Part shown: positions 45,377 through 54,746 of the stretch, one piece after another
Position numbering within the stretch: position 1 is the first letter of the stretch
Layout: the number at the start of each line of letters is the position of its first letter
Source of the DNA: an uncultured Actinomycetes bacterium
GTDB lineage: Bacteria > Actinomycetota > Thermoleophilia > Gaiellales > Gaiellaceae
Length of the DNA: 64,000 nt
NCBI GenBank assembly: GCA_963705875.1
Contig: OY970117.1
Span: 1,316,279 to 1,380,278, forward strand
Direction of reading: 5' to 3'
The notes under the pieces: generated by a model
The model's input: the letters and a program-made list of their open reading frames with translations, nothing else
Databases searched by the model: none
What the model was told of the DNA's origin: nothing
Translations under genes and position numbers: made by a program

Positions 45377-46928
45377 GTGATCCTTTCGAACGGCGTCATC
45401 CGCACGATGGACCCCTCGCTGCCCACCGCGGCGGCGCTGGCGATCGCGGGCGACAAGGTCGCGGGCGGCGTCGGCGTCCACGAGACCGCGCTCGCGAGCC
45501 CCGAGACGATCGACCTCGGCGGGCTCACCGTCGTCCCCGGCTTCACCGACTCGCACGTGCACTTCGCCCAGTGGTCGCTGGCCCAGCGCCAGGTACGGCT
45601 CGAGGGCACGACCTCCCTCGACGAGGCGGTCGCGCGCGTCGCCGCGGCGGCCAAGGACGCACCCGCCGATCGCTGGCTGCGCGGCATCGGCTGGCGCAGC
45701 GGCATGTGGGAGCCGCAGGTCGAGCCGACACCGCCAGGTGCTCGACGCGGTCACCGGCGACATCCCCGTGGCGCTCATGGCGAAGGACGGACACTCGCTC
45801 TGGCTGAACTCGGCGGCTTTGTCGCGCGGGCGACGGCAACCTGCTGGTGCCCGGAGGGGTAGTCGAGACCGACGACCACGGCGAGCCGACCGGCGTCCTG
45901 CGCGAGGAGTCCGCCTGGCACTTCCGCGAGACCTACGTCTACGGCCAGACGCCCGCGTCCGAGTGGGTGGACGCGATGCGCGACGGCGTGAAGCTCGCCA
46001 ACTCCCGCGGCGTCACCGCCGTCCACGACAAGGACGGCTGGGTCGGAATCCTCCCGTGGTGGCAGGAGCTCCGCGCCCAGGGCGGCCTGACGCTCCGGGT
46101 CTGGCAGTCGCTTCCGCACGAGCAGCTCGACGCGATCGAAGCGCTCGGGATGCAGGCCGGGCTCGGCGACGACCTGCTGCGGCGTCGGCTACATCAAGGT
46201 CTTCATGGACGGCACGCTCGGCTCCAAGACCGCGCGCATGCTGGACGGAACCGGCGTCGAGATCACGAGCCGCGACGAATTCGAGGCGATCGTCCGCCGG
46301 TCGGCCCGCGCCGGCTACGCGGTCGCAGTGCACGCGATCGGCGACCAGGCCAACCGTGACGCGCTCGACGGCTTCGAGGCCGCCGCCGAGGAGTGGCGCC
46401 CGCGCGGCCTGCGGCCGCGTATCGAGCACACGCAGATCCTCGCGCCCGAGGACATCCCGCGCTTCGCCGAGATCGGCGTCGTCGCATCCGTGCAGTTCTC
46501 GCACGCTCCTTCGGACCGCGACCTCGCCGACGAGACCTGGGCCGGGATGACCGACCGCGCCTACGCGTGGCGCTCGCTCCTCGACGCGGGCACGCTCATC
46601 GCGAACGGCTCGGACGCGCCCGTGGAGGAGCTCGACCCGCTCGCAGGGCATCCGCGCCGGCGTCCTGCGCACCATCGACGAGCGTCCCGCGTGGCATCCG
46701 GAGCAGATCCTCACCGTCGAGGAGACGCTCCACGCGACGACGGTCGCCCCGGCCTGGCTCACGCACGACGAGCACCGGCGCGGCAAGCTCGTCCCGGGCT
46801 ACGTCGCCGACCTGGTCGTGCTCGATCGCGACCCCGTCACGATCCCGCCCGAGGAGCTGTCCGAAGTGAAGGTCGTCGCGACAATGCTTGGCGGACGCTG
46901 GGTTTTCGGCGGTCCACCGTTCCACTAG
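45377..46928 (+). CDS. Amidohydro_3 (YtcJ-like) metal-dependent amidohydrolase; four 1-nt frame breaks (about 45729, 45830, 46183, 46647)
   Basis: VILSNGVIRTMDPSLPTAAALAIAGDKVAG...GFTDSHVHF then RQVLDAVTGDIPVALMAKDGHSLWLNSAAL then DGNLLVPGGVVETDDHGEPTGVLRE...TAVHD then VGYIKVFMDGTLGSKTA...VAVHAIGD...IEHTQ then IRAGVLR...ADLVVLDRDP. Length is 1552 nt = 3n+1. Confidence 0.85.
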
Positions 46929-47039
46929 CGCCGACCGAAGGTTCTGTCTACAATAGTCAGCAAGAGCCGGGCGTTTTGGACGAGGAGGGTGTGCCGCAGC
47001 CCCTTCCGGTCTTGCCCGGCTCTTCCATGGTCCGGGGCG

Positions 47040-47045
47040 TACAAT
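47040..47045 (+). promoter_or_regulatory. -10 hexamer TACAAT placed for a leaderless transcript of the HxlR gene
   Basis: The sequence is gcgTACAATgagcccATG. Six nt separate the hexamer from the ATG at 47052 and there is no SD. A second TACAAT lies at about 46948. Confidence 0.45.
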
Positions 47046-47051
47046 GAGCCC

Positions 47052-47414
47052 ATGCGCACGATGCGACCTGTACACGACGAGGAGTGCGCGGTCGCCTGTT
47101 CGGCCGACATCATCGGCGCGAAGTGGACGGCGGTTCTCGTCCACGACCTCTCCGAAGGATCGCGCCGCTTCTCCGACCTCGAGCGCGCCCTCCCCGGGAT
47201 CAGCCCGCGGACGCTGTCCGAGCGCCTGCGCGCGCTCGAGCAGGAGGGGATCCTCGAGCGGCACAGCTATCCCGAGTCGCCGCCGCGGGTCGAGTACGAG
47301 CTGACGCCGAAGGGCCAGGCGCTCCTCCCCATCATCGAGGCGATGCGGCAGTTCGGCCACGACTGGCTCGTCCCCGAGCACGACCACTCGGGCGCCGCGA
47401 CGATCTCGGCCTAG
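47052..47414 (+). CDS. HxlR-family winged-helix transcriptional regulator
   Basis: MRTMRPVHDEECAVACSADIIGAKWTAVLVHDLSEGSRRFSDLERALPGISPRTLSERLRALEQEGILERHSYPESPPRVEYELTPKG matches the HxlR pattern. Confidence 0.88.
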   Translation: MRTMRPVHDEECAVACSADIIGAKWTAVLVHDLSEGSRRFSDLERALPGISPRTLSERLRALEQEGILERHSYPESPPRVEYELTPKGQALLPIIEAMRQFGHDWLVPEHDHSGAATISA

Positions 47415-47419
47415 CTCGA

Positions 47420-48742
47420 CTAGAGCTTCGCGAGCTCGACGAACATCGCGCGGGCGGTCTCGACGCCGAGCGGGATGTAGCGGACGAGCATGCCCTCGTT
47501 CGGAGCGTGCACGTTCCCGTCCGGGAGATCGAAGCCGCTGACGATCGTCGGGATACCGCGGTCGGCGAGCGCCGGCACGATCGGCAGCGTGCCGCCCGAG
47601 CGGAGCAGGAGCGGTCGCTTGCCAAGCACGCGCTCGAACGCATCCTGGGCGAGCTTCACGGCCGGCGCATCGGGCGCCACGAGCCCGGCCGGCGCCGACG
47701 ACCAGCGCTCGATGTCGACCTCCGCGCCGAGCGGAGCCGCCTCGCGCATGAGCCGCTCCATCGCGAGTCCGATCTCCTCCACGTCCTGAACCGGTGCAAG
47801 GCGAATCGAGACGTTCGCCTCGGCCTCGATCGGGATGACCGTCTTCTGGAGGATCGGCGAGCCGCCCGTCAGACCGTGGACGTCCACCGCCGACCCCGCG
47901 AGGGTGCGCTCGTAGAACTCCGCGGCGGCGCGATCGTCGCGCGGCTTCGCACCCTGCTCGTCGAGCGCGCCCTGGCCCGAGACGATCGCGGCCCAGCTCG
48001 CCCGCTCCTCGTCGGTCGGCGCGACGATGCCGCTACGTAGCTCGTCGGGCTCGGCGACGACCGGGGCGAGCGTCTGCATGAGCGCATGCGTCGCGTTCAT
48101 CGCGGCGCCGCCGAAGACGCCCGAGTGGAGATCGCGCTCGCCGGTGCGCACCTTCACGTGGAAGTAGACGAGCCCGCGCGTCCCGATGTAGAAGGCCGGG
48201 ACGTCGACCTCGGGCATGCCGGCGTCGAAGATGATGCAGGCGTCCGCGCCGCGTTCGTCCTCGGCGACCCAGTCGACGATCGAGTGCCCGCCGGTCTCCT
48301 CCTCCCCGTCGCACGCGACCCGCACGTTCACGGGGAGCGCGCCCTCGGCGGCCAGCAGAGCGGCCGCCTTGAGGAGGAGGTAGAGATTGCCCTTGTCGTC
48401 CGCGATGCCGCGCGCGTAGAGCCGGTCTCCGCGGATCGTCGGCTCGAACGGCGGCGAGTTCCAGTGCTCGAGCGGGTCGGACGGCTGGACGTCGAAGTGG
48501 CCGTAGACGAGCACGGTCGGCGCGTCGGCCCCGGTCGAGGCCGGGATCTCGCCGACCACGAGCGGCGCGGGCGCGCTGGTCGGCACGAGCTCGGCGTCAC
48601 CGCCGGCCTCGCGGACGAAATCGCGGACCCATTCGCCGGCACGAACCACGTCCGCGGCCTGCGCGGGGTCGGCGCTCACGCTCGGGATCCGGAGGAATTC
48701 GGAGAGCTCGTCGAGCCAGTCCTGCGGGATCGTTTCGGGCAT
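47420..48742 (-). CDS. M20-family dipeptidase (ArgE/DapE/ACY1/CPG2 clan)
   Basis: Intact 440 aa. VLVYGHFDVQP, ARGIADDKGN and ACDGEEETGG are the metal-ligand motifs. Confidence 0.88.
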   Translation of the reverse strand: MPETIPQDWLDELSEFLRIPSVSADPAQAADVVRAGEWVRDFVREAGGDAELVPTSAPAPLVVGEIPASTGADAPTVLVYGHFDVQPSDPLEHWNSPPFEPTIRGDRLYARGIADDKGNLYLLLKAAALLAAEGALPVNVRVACDGEEETGGHSIVDWVAEDERGADACIIFDAGMPEVDVPAFYIGTRGLVYFHVKVRTGERDLHSGVFGGAAMNATHALMQTLAPVVAEPDELRSGIVAPTDEERASWAAIVSGQGALDEQGAKPRDDRAAAEFYERTLAGSAVDVHGLTGGSPILQKTVIPIEAEANVSIRLAPVQDVEEIGLAMERLMREAAPLGAEVDIERWSSAPAGLVAPDAPAVKLAQDAFERVLGKRPLLLRSGGTLPIVPALADRGIPTIVSGFDLPDGNVHAPNEGMLVRYIPLGVETARAMFVELAKL

Positions 48743-48774
48743 CGCGCCAGTCTACGCACGCGTACGCTGAGTCG

Positions 48775-49488
48775 ATGCGCGCCGCCGTCCTGGCCGTTCT
48801 GGCCGTCGCCGCACTCGCCGGCTGCAGCGGATCGGAGCCGGGCTCGCACGCGACCCAGCGCGACATCGACGCGGCCGACCAGAAGTGGGTCGAGTCGATG
48901 CTTCTCACCGAGGATGAGCTACCCGCGGGCTGGTCGCCCGACCTGGACGAATCGCCGAACCCGCCCGACGACTGCGAGCAGATCGACTTCTCCGATCTCG
49001 TGATCACCGGCGAGGCGGACGTCGCCTTCGAGCGCGGCGAGACCGGCGTCCTCCAGAACGGGATCGAGCTCTACGAATCCGCCGACGACGCCCACGAGTC
49101 GCTCGCGCGTGGCGACGCGGGCGACGTAGAGCGCTGCCTCTTCGAGGTCGCGCTCGAGGAGCTCGCCGCCGACGAGGTCTCGATCAGGAACCTCCAGGTG
49201 ACCGAGCTCGACGCGCCGGACATCGGCGAGGAGTCACGTCTTTTCGACATCACGTGGGACTACGTCCGCCGGGCCGGCGAGGGCGGGCTGACGTCGTACG
49301 TCGCCGGCGCGCAGGCGCAGTCGGGCGAGCGAGCGCCGTTCGCGCTGCGGCTATCGGTGTTCCGCCGCGACCGCTCGGTCGCCGTCGTGAGCGCCGGGGA
49401 GATCTTCGGGCCCGCGCCTGCCGAGATCGTCGAGCCGCTCGCGCGCAAGCTCGACAAGCAGCTCGAGGCCGAACCGCCGCCGGGCTAG
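48775..49488 (+). CDS. hypothetical lipoprotein
   Basis: MRAAVLAVLAVAALAGCSG carries the lipobox L-A-G-C. The mature part is acidic. No family recognised. Confidence 0.75.
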   Translation: MRAAVLAVLAVAALAGCSGSEPGSHATQRDIDAADQKWVESMLLTEDELPAGWSPDLDESPNPPDDCEQIDFSDLVITGEADVAFERGETGVLQNGIELYESADDAHESLARGDAGDVERCLFEVALEELAADEVSIRNLQVTELDAPDIGEESRLFDITWDYVRRAGEGGLTSYVAGAQAQSGERAPFALRLSVFRRDRSVAVVSAGEIFGPAPAEIVEPLARKLDKQLEAEPPPG

Positions 49489-49649
49489 GCGGCGCGCTTC
49501 GGCCGGGCGACCAGCTCGCCGCCGCAGTTCGGGCAGACGCTCTGCATCGCCTCGGCACACGCGGGACAGAACGTGCACTCGAACGAGCAGATGGTCGCGT
49601 CGTCGGCGTGCGCGAGCGCAACGCCGCAGCGCTCGCAGGCCTCTCTCAT
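49485..49649 (-). CDS. DUF1272-type zinc-ribbon protein (54 aa)
   Basis: My translation is MREACERCGVALAHADDATICSFECTFCPACAEAMQSVCPNCGGELVARPKRAA. It is too short for the ORF track. Its stop shares the CTAG with the convergent lipoprotein gene. Confidence 0.7.
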   Translation of the reverse strand: MREACERCGVALAHADDATICSFECTFCPACAEAMQSVCPNCGGELVARPKRAA

Positions 49650-49691
49650 CTCCAGTGCCACCTCTCTAGCGTACGAGGCGGCGGCGACGCA

Positions 49692-50774
49692 TTACGCGGC
49701 GACCTCGCGGAGCTTCTGCGACTCGGCCATCGCCTGCAGCTTCTTCAGGCACTGGTTCTCGATCTGGCGGACGCGCTCGCGCGTGACGTTGAACGTCTTG
49801 CCGACCTCGTCGAGCGTCCGCGGCTGCTCGCCGGCGAGCCCGTAGCGAAGCTCGAGGATCCGGCGCTCGCGGTACGACAGCACGCTGAGGATCCGGGAGA
49901 GCGTCTCCTGGCGGATGACCTCGTCGGCCGCCTCGTCGGGCGCCTTCGCGTTGTCGTCCGCGATGAAGTGGCCGAGCTCGGAGTCGTCCTCCTCGCCCAC
50001 CGGCTTCTCGAGCGACACCGGCGTCTGGGCGCTGCGGCGAACCGCCTCGACCTCCTCGGGCGTGATCTCGAGCACCGCGGCGATCTCCTCGATCGACGGG
50101 TCGCGGCCGAGCTCCGAGACGAGCTTGCGCTCGGTGCGGCCGATCTTGTTCAGCTTCTCGACCACGTGCACCGGCATCCGGATCGTGCGCGCCTTGTCGG
50201 CGAGCGCCCGGGCCACCGCCTGGCGAATCCACCAGGTCGCGTACGTCGAGAACTTGAAGCCCTTGCGGTAGTCGAACTTCTCCGCCGCGCGCACGAGGCC
50301 GATCGTCCCCTCCTGGATCAGGTCGAGGAACGGGAGCCCCTGGTTGCGGTAGTTCTTCGCGATCGAGACGACCAGGCGAAGATTCGACTCGACCATCTTC
50401 CGCTTGGCGCACATGTCGCCGCGCTCGATGCGCTTGGCGAGCTCGACCTCCTGCGCCGCGGTCAGAAGCGGCACGCGGCCGATGTCCTTCAGGAAGAGCT
50501 GGAGCGCATCGGTCGAGACCTCGCGCTGGTCGACAGTCAGATCCACCGTGGCAACCTCCTCGGGCGCCGCCGGAACGACGTCGACGTGCAGGTCCTCGAG
50601 GGCCTGCAGAAACTCATCTGCCTGGGCGGGTTCAGCGCCCAGTTCGTCGAGGAGTGCCGTCACCTGCTCGTGCGTAACCGAGCCGTGCTCTTGACCGAGC
50701 GCGACAAGCGCCCGCGTCTCCTCGTGATCAAGCAATGTCAATCCAGACCCCGCAGCTGTGTCCTCGACCCCCAA
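49692..50774 (-). CDS. rpoD: RNA polymerase sigma-70 factor, RpoD/HrdB (group 1/2) type
   Basis: Intact 360 aa. Region 2 reads [60 protein letters not shown]. Region 4 reads [31 protein letters not shown] start is preceded by GGGAGG. Confidence 0.9.
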   Translation of the reverse strand: MGVEDTAAGSGLTLLDHEETRALVALGQEHGSVTHEQVTALLDELGAEPAQADEFLQALEDLHVDVVPAAPEEVATVDLTVDQREVSTDALQLFLKDIGRVPLLTAAQEVELAKRIERGDMCAKRKMVESNLRLVVSIAKNYRNQGLPFLDLIQEGTIGLVRAAEKFDYRKGFKFSTYATWWIRQAVARALADKARTIRMPVHVVEKLNKIGRTERKLVSELGRDPSIEEIAAVLEITPEEVEAVRRSAQTPVSLEKPVGEEDDSELGHFIADDNAKAPDEAADEVIRQETLSRILSVLSYRERRILELRYGLAGEQPRTLDEVGKTFNVTRERVRQIENQCLKKLQAMAESQKLREVAA

Positions 50775-50792
50775 TGCAGCCCCTCCCTCTGA

Positions 50793-50821
50793 AAGGTAGA
50801 CCCCCGCCGCGGCCCCGTCAA
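50793..50821 (-). promoter_or_regulatory. candidate sigma-70-type promoter of the sigma factor gene
   Basis: On the minus strand, TTGACG (50821-50816), then 17 nt, then TACCTT (50798-50793), then about 18 nt to the TTG start, with GGGAGG in between. Confidence 0.45.
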
Positions 50822-50926
50822 CGTTTCGTTTTTGGCGAAACCGTTGGCTGAGAACGCCTGGCGACTGTGCCCGGACCCCCGACCTGTGTCATGGGCCGAA
50901 TGGCCCATATTGCAGGTGAGTTGGTC

Positions 50927-51908
50927 CTATTCGATCTGTGCCAATCGTGCAAGTACCCGGCCTGCCTGCTTGCCGTAGAAGCCTTCCTGGTCGGAGACCT
51001 GCGCACGTTCGAGCTGTTTTCGCGCCTCGTCCAGATTCGGTAGCCACAGCAGCATCAGTCCGAGATGGAAACGGATGAGCGACGAATTTGGGTTCGCACT
51101 CGCGAGCGGCCCGAGCTTCGCGAACGCCGGCGACGGGTCGTCCTTGTCGAAGTTCGAGACCGCGGCGGCGACCTGCGCCTCGAGACTCTCCGGGTCGGCC
51201 TCGACCGCATTTGCATAGGCGCGCCTTGCCGACTCGCGGTGCCCCATCGTCTCGAGCGCGCTCCCGTAGAGGATCCAGTCGTGGACGGTCCCGCGGGTCT
51301 CGGCGTTCGTCTCGACCTTCGCCAGACCGCTCCTCGAGCGGCAGCTTGGCGATCTCCGCCGGCACGTCCTCGACCACGAATTGCGGCCGGCCCGGCGGCG
51401 AGTGCGGGTTGAGGAGATCCTCGGCGCTCAGCGCCGCCGGCGTGTCGGGCTCGCGCTGCTCCGCCTCGGCCCACTGCTTCCGCGCCTCGTTCGGCTCGCC
51501 CTTCGCCAGCAGCGCGAGGCCGAGGTTGAGCCGGGCGACCGCGCTGTCCGGGTACGCGTCGACGATCGCCTGGAGCTTCTCCTCGGTCTCCTCGGGCCAC
51601 GCCGTGACGGCGTCGCCGATCTGCGCCTCGATCGAATCCGGGTTCTTCGCGAGGATCTGCTGGAACGACGTCCGGGCCCCGAGCGCGTCGTCCTCCTCGT
51701 ACTGCCGCTCGGCCTGGCGCAGCCCGCGGGCGAGCGCGTCGTCGCGGTCGAGCACCGCGAGCTCGAGCGCCGGGGCCTCGGGGACGAACGCCACCGTCTC
51801 TCCGAGCGCCGGATCGTCCTTCTGGAGAAGCGCCGCCGCAACGACGACGCCGACCGCGACCAGGGCGGCAGCGGCGACCAGGGAGATCACGCGCGTGCGA
51901 GGAGACAA
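50927..51908 (-). CDS. membrane-anchored TPR-repeat protein; 1-nt frame break near 51329
   Basis: MSPRTRVISLVAAAALVAVGVVVAAALL is the anchor. TPR-like helices follow (ARLNLGLALLAKGEPNEARKQW). It continues as GLAKVETNAETRGTVHDWILYGSALETMGHRESARRAYANAVEADP (ORF 50927-51247). Confidence 0.75.
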
Positions 51909-51964
51909 GAGGGATCGAGCCTAGCTACGTCAGCTCGAAGACCCTCGCTATACTCAGTGTAGTA

Positions 51965-53125
51965 ATGGCTTCCTACCGGGACCTTCTCGCCCAGGTTCGC
52001 GCCGAGATCGACGAGACCGACGCGCCGTCCGCGCGCGAGCGCCTGGACACCGGAGACGCGATCTTCGTCGACGTCCGCGAGCGCGCCGAGTGGGACGAGG
52101 GCCACATCCCGGGCGCGGTGCACATCCCCCGCGGCTCGCTCGAATCCCGCGCCGAAGGGCTTCTCCCCGACCGCGGCCAGAAGCTCGTCGTCTACTGCGC
52201 AGCGGGCAGCCGCTCCGCGTTCGCAGCCAAGAGCCTCGAGGACCTCGGCTACGTCGACGTCGTCTCCCTGACGGGCGGCTTCACCGACTGGAAGCGCAAC
52301 GGCCTGCCCGTCGAGATCCCGCAGTCCCTCGACGCCCAGCAGCGCCGCCGCTACAGCCGCCATCTCCTGATCCCCGAGGTCGGCGAGGCCGGCCAGGAGA
52401 AGCTCCTGAACGCACGCGTGCTCCTCATCGGCGCAGGCGGGCTCGGCTCCCCCGCGTCGCTCTACCTCGCGGCGGCCGGCGTCGGGACGCTCGGGATCGT
52501 CGACGACGACGTCGTGGACGAGTCGAACCTCCAGCGCCAGATCGTCCACTCGACCGAGCGGCTCGGCGACTCGAAGGCCGAGTCGGCGAAGCAGACGATC
52601 GCGGCGCTCAACCCCGACGTGACCGTCGAGGTCTTCGCCGAGCGCCTGACGACCGAGAACGCAGACCGGATCCTCGGCGCGGGCTGGGACGTGATCGTGG
52701 ACGGCGCCGACAACTTCCCCACGCGCTACCTCCTGAACGACGCGTCGGTCTTCCACGGGATCCCCGTCGTGCACGGGTCGATCTACCGCTTCGAGGGCCA
52801 GACCACCGTGTTCAAGCCGCACGAGGGCCCCTGCTACCGCTGCCTCTTCCCCGAGCCGCCGCCGCCCGAGCTCGCCCCGAGCTGCGCGGAGGGCGGAGTG
52901 CTCGGCGTGCTTCCCGGCATCGTCGGGTCGCTCCAGGCGAACGAGGCGATCAAGCTCATCCTCGGGATCGGCGACCCGCTCGTCGGCCGGCTGCTCCTCT
53001 TCGACGCGCTCTCGACGACGTTCACCGAGATCTCGCTCCGCCGCGACCCCGACTGCCCCGTCTGCGGCGAGAGCCCGTCGATCACCGAGTACATCGACTA
53101 CGTCGAGTTCTGCGCGGCGCGATGA
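51965..53125 (+). CDS. E1-like adenylyltransferase/sulfurtransferase (MoeB/ThiF fold) with the rhodanese domain at the N-terminus
   Basis: Rhodanese: IFVDVRERAEWDEGHIPGAVHIP...VVYCAAGSRS (active-site Cys). E1 domain: RYSRHLLIPEVGEAGQEKLLNARVLLIGAGGLGSP...NLQRQ...CYRCLFP...CPVCG. Confidence 0.88.
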   Translation: MASYRDLLAQVRAEIDETDAPSARERLDTGDAIFVDVRERAEWDEGHIPGAVHIPRGSLESRAEGLLPDRGQKLVVYCAAGSRSAFAAKSLEDLGYVDVVSLTGGFTDWKRNGLPVEIPQSLDAQQRRRYSRHLLIPEVGEAGQEKLLNARVLLIGAGGLGSPASLYLAAAGVGTLGIVDDDVVDESNLQRQIVHSTERLGDSKAESAKQTIAALNPDVTVEVFAERLTTENADRILGAGWDVIVDGADNFPTRYLLNDASVFHGIPVVHGSIYRFEGQTTVFKPHEGPCYRCLFPEPPPPELAPSCAEGGVLGVLPGIVGSLQANEAIKLILGIGDPLVGRLLLFDALSTTFTEISLRRDPDCPVCGESPSITEYIDYVEFCAAR

Positions 53126-54312
53126 CCCGCGTCCGGATTCCGCCGACGCTTCGCTCCGAGGTGGGCGGCGAGCGTGAGATCGAAGGCACCGGCGCGACGC
53201 TGCGCGAGCTCCTGGCCGACCTGGCCGCGCGCTTCCCGGGCCTCGGCGAGCAGGTGCTCGACGACGGCGAGATCGCGTCCTTCGTGAACGTCTACGTGGA
53301 CAGCGAGGACGTGCGAACGCTCGACGGCCTCGACACGCCGCTGCGCGAAGGCTCCAGCGTCATCCTCCTTCCGGCGATGGCCGGCGGAGAGCACGCACTG
53401 GCGCCGTCGCTGCTCGACACGGTCGGCAACACCCCGCTCGTGGAGCTGCCGCGGCTCGCGCCTCCCGGCGTTCGGCTCTACGCGAAGCTCGAGGGCGCGA
53501 ACCCGACCGGCTCGGTCAAGGACCGCGTCGCCAAGGCGATGGTCGAGGCGGCCGAGGCCCGAGGCGAGCTGGAGCCCGGCCGCGAGCTGCTCGAGCCGAC
53601 GAGCGGCAACACCGGCATCTCGCTCGCGCTCGTCGCGAAGCTCAAGGGCTACCGGCTCACCTGCGTCGTCCCCGCGAACGCAACCGCCGAGCGGCTGCGG
53701 CTGCTCGAGCTCTACGGCGCGCGGATCATCACGACGCCCGCCGAGGAGGGCTCGAACGGCGCGGTGCGCGAGGCGCTCCGCCTGGCCGAGTCCGACCCGA
53801 AGTACGCGATGCTGAACCAGTACGGAAACGAGGCGAACCCCCGCGCGCACTACGAGGGAACGGGCGCCGAGATCGCCGACGCGCTTCCGCACGTGGACGC
53901 GCTCGTCGCGGGGCTCGGCACCGGCGGAACGCTGATGGGCGCCGGCGAGCGGCTGCGCGAGGCGTTCCCGGGGATCACGATCGCCGCGGCCGAGCCGCTC
54001 CAGGGCGACCTCGTCTACGGACTGCGCTCGCTCGACGACGGCTACACGCCGCCGATCCTCGACGTCTCGAAGCTCGACCGGAAGCTCCTCGTCACCACCG
54101 ACGAGTCGATCGCCGGTGTGCGGGCGCTCCTCCAAGAGGAAGGGATCTTCGCGGGCGTCTCCTCCGGCGCGGTCGTGCACGTCGCGCGGCGCATCGGCGA
54201 GGAGATGGGCTCGGGAACCGTCGTCTGCGTCCTCGCCGACGGCGGCTGGAAGTACCTGTCCGCGCCGTTCTGGCAGACCGGCGACGCGGACGACTCGAGC
54301 CTCTGGTGGTAA
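53122..54312 (+). CDS. cysM: in-frame fusion of a CysO/MoaD/ThiS-type sulfur-carrier domain (ending AMAGG) to a CysM-type PLP-dependent cysteine synthase
   Basis: The ATG at 53122 overlaps the upstream stop (ATGA). Residues 1-89, MTRVRIPPTLRSEVGGEREIEGTGATLRELLADL...FVNVYVDSEDVRTLDGLDTPLREGSSVILLPAMAGG, align by eye with M. tuberculosis CysO. EHALAPSLLDTVGNTPLVEL...ANPTGSVKDR...SGNTG follows directly with no stop or restart codon. Confidence 0.85.
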   Translation: MTRVRIPPTLRSEVGGEREIEGTGATLRELLADLAARFPGLGEQVLDDGEIASFVNVYVDSEDVRTLDGLDTPLREGSSVILLPAMAGGEHALAPSLLDTVGNTPLVELPRLAPPGVRLYAKLEGANPTGSVKDRVAKAMVEAAEARGELEPGRELLEPTSGNTGISLALVAKLKGYRLTCVVPANATAERLRLLELYGARIITTPAEEGSNGAVREALRLAESDPKYAMLNQYGNEANPRAHYEGTGAEIADALPHVDALVAGLGTGGTLMGAGERLREAFPGITIAAAEPLQGDLVYGLRSLDDGYTPPILDVSKLDRKLLVTTDESIAGVRALLQEEGIFAGVSSGAVVHVARRIGEEMGSGTVVCVLADGGWKYLSAPFWQTGDADDSSLWW

Positions 54313-54692
54313 TCGGCGCCGAGGTGCGCGCGGCGCTTGCCGAGCACGCCGAGGCCGAGCGCCCGAACGAGGCCTGCGGGCTCATCGCGTTGCGCGACGG
54401 CGTCGCCGAGCGCTACATCCCCGGCCGAAACGCCGAGCCGAGCCCGTACCGCTTCCAGCTCGAGGTCGATCCCGAGACGTGGTTCCTCGAGGACGAGGGC
54501 TACGAGCTCGCCGTCTTCCACTCGCACCTGGCGAGCCCGCCGCGCCCGTCGCGGACCGACGTCGAGAACATCGGCCTGTGGGAGGGCCGTCCGTACGTGA
54601 TCCTCAACGTCCAGACCGGCGAGCTGCTCGCCTGGCGGATCGAGGACGGCCGCGTCGAGCCCCTGGAAATGTCGGGCGAGCGACCCCGCTAG
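54306..54692 (+). CDS. mec: JAMM/MPN+ metalloprotease (Mec-like)
   Basis: The GTG at 54306 overlaps the cysM end by 7 nt. NEACGLIAL carries the E-x-x-G motif and FHSHLASPPRPSRTD carries H-S-H-x7-S-x2-D. Confidence 0.85.
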   Translation: MVIGAEVRAALAEHAEAERPNEACGLIALRDGVAERYIPGRNAEPSPYRFQLEVDPETWFLEDEGYELAVFHSHLASPPRPSRTDVENIGLWEGRPYVILNVQTGELLAWRIEDGRVEPLEMSGERPR

Positions 54693-54746
54693 AGCCGCCC
54701 GCCCTCTTGGAGACGCCGGGGGACACACCGGCGGATGGAGCCTCGG

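Noticed and set aside
52090-53121. Upstream 344 codons of the 740-aa ORF 52090-54312.
   Set aside because: This part is out of frame with, and entirely inside, the E1-like gene 51965-53125, and its translation is Arg/Pro-rich. The real gene starts at the ATG at 53122. The CysO::CysM fusion downstream is retained as a finding because it does not depend on this part.
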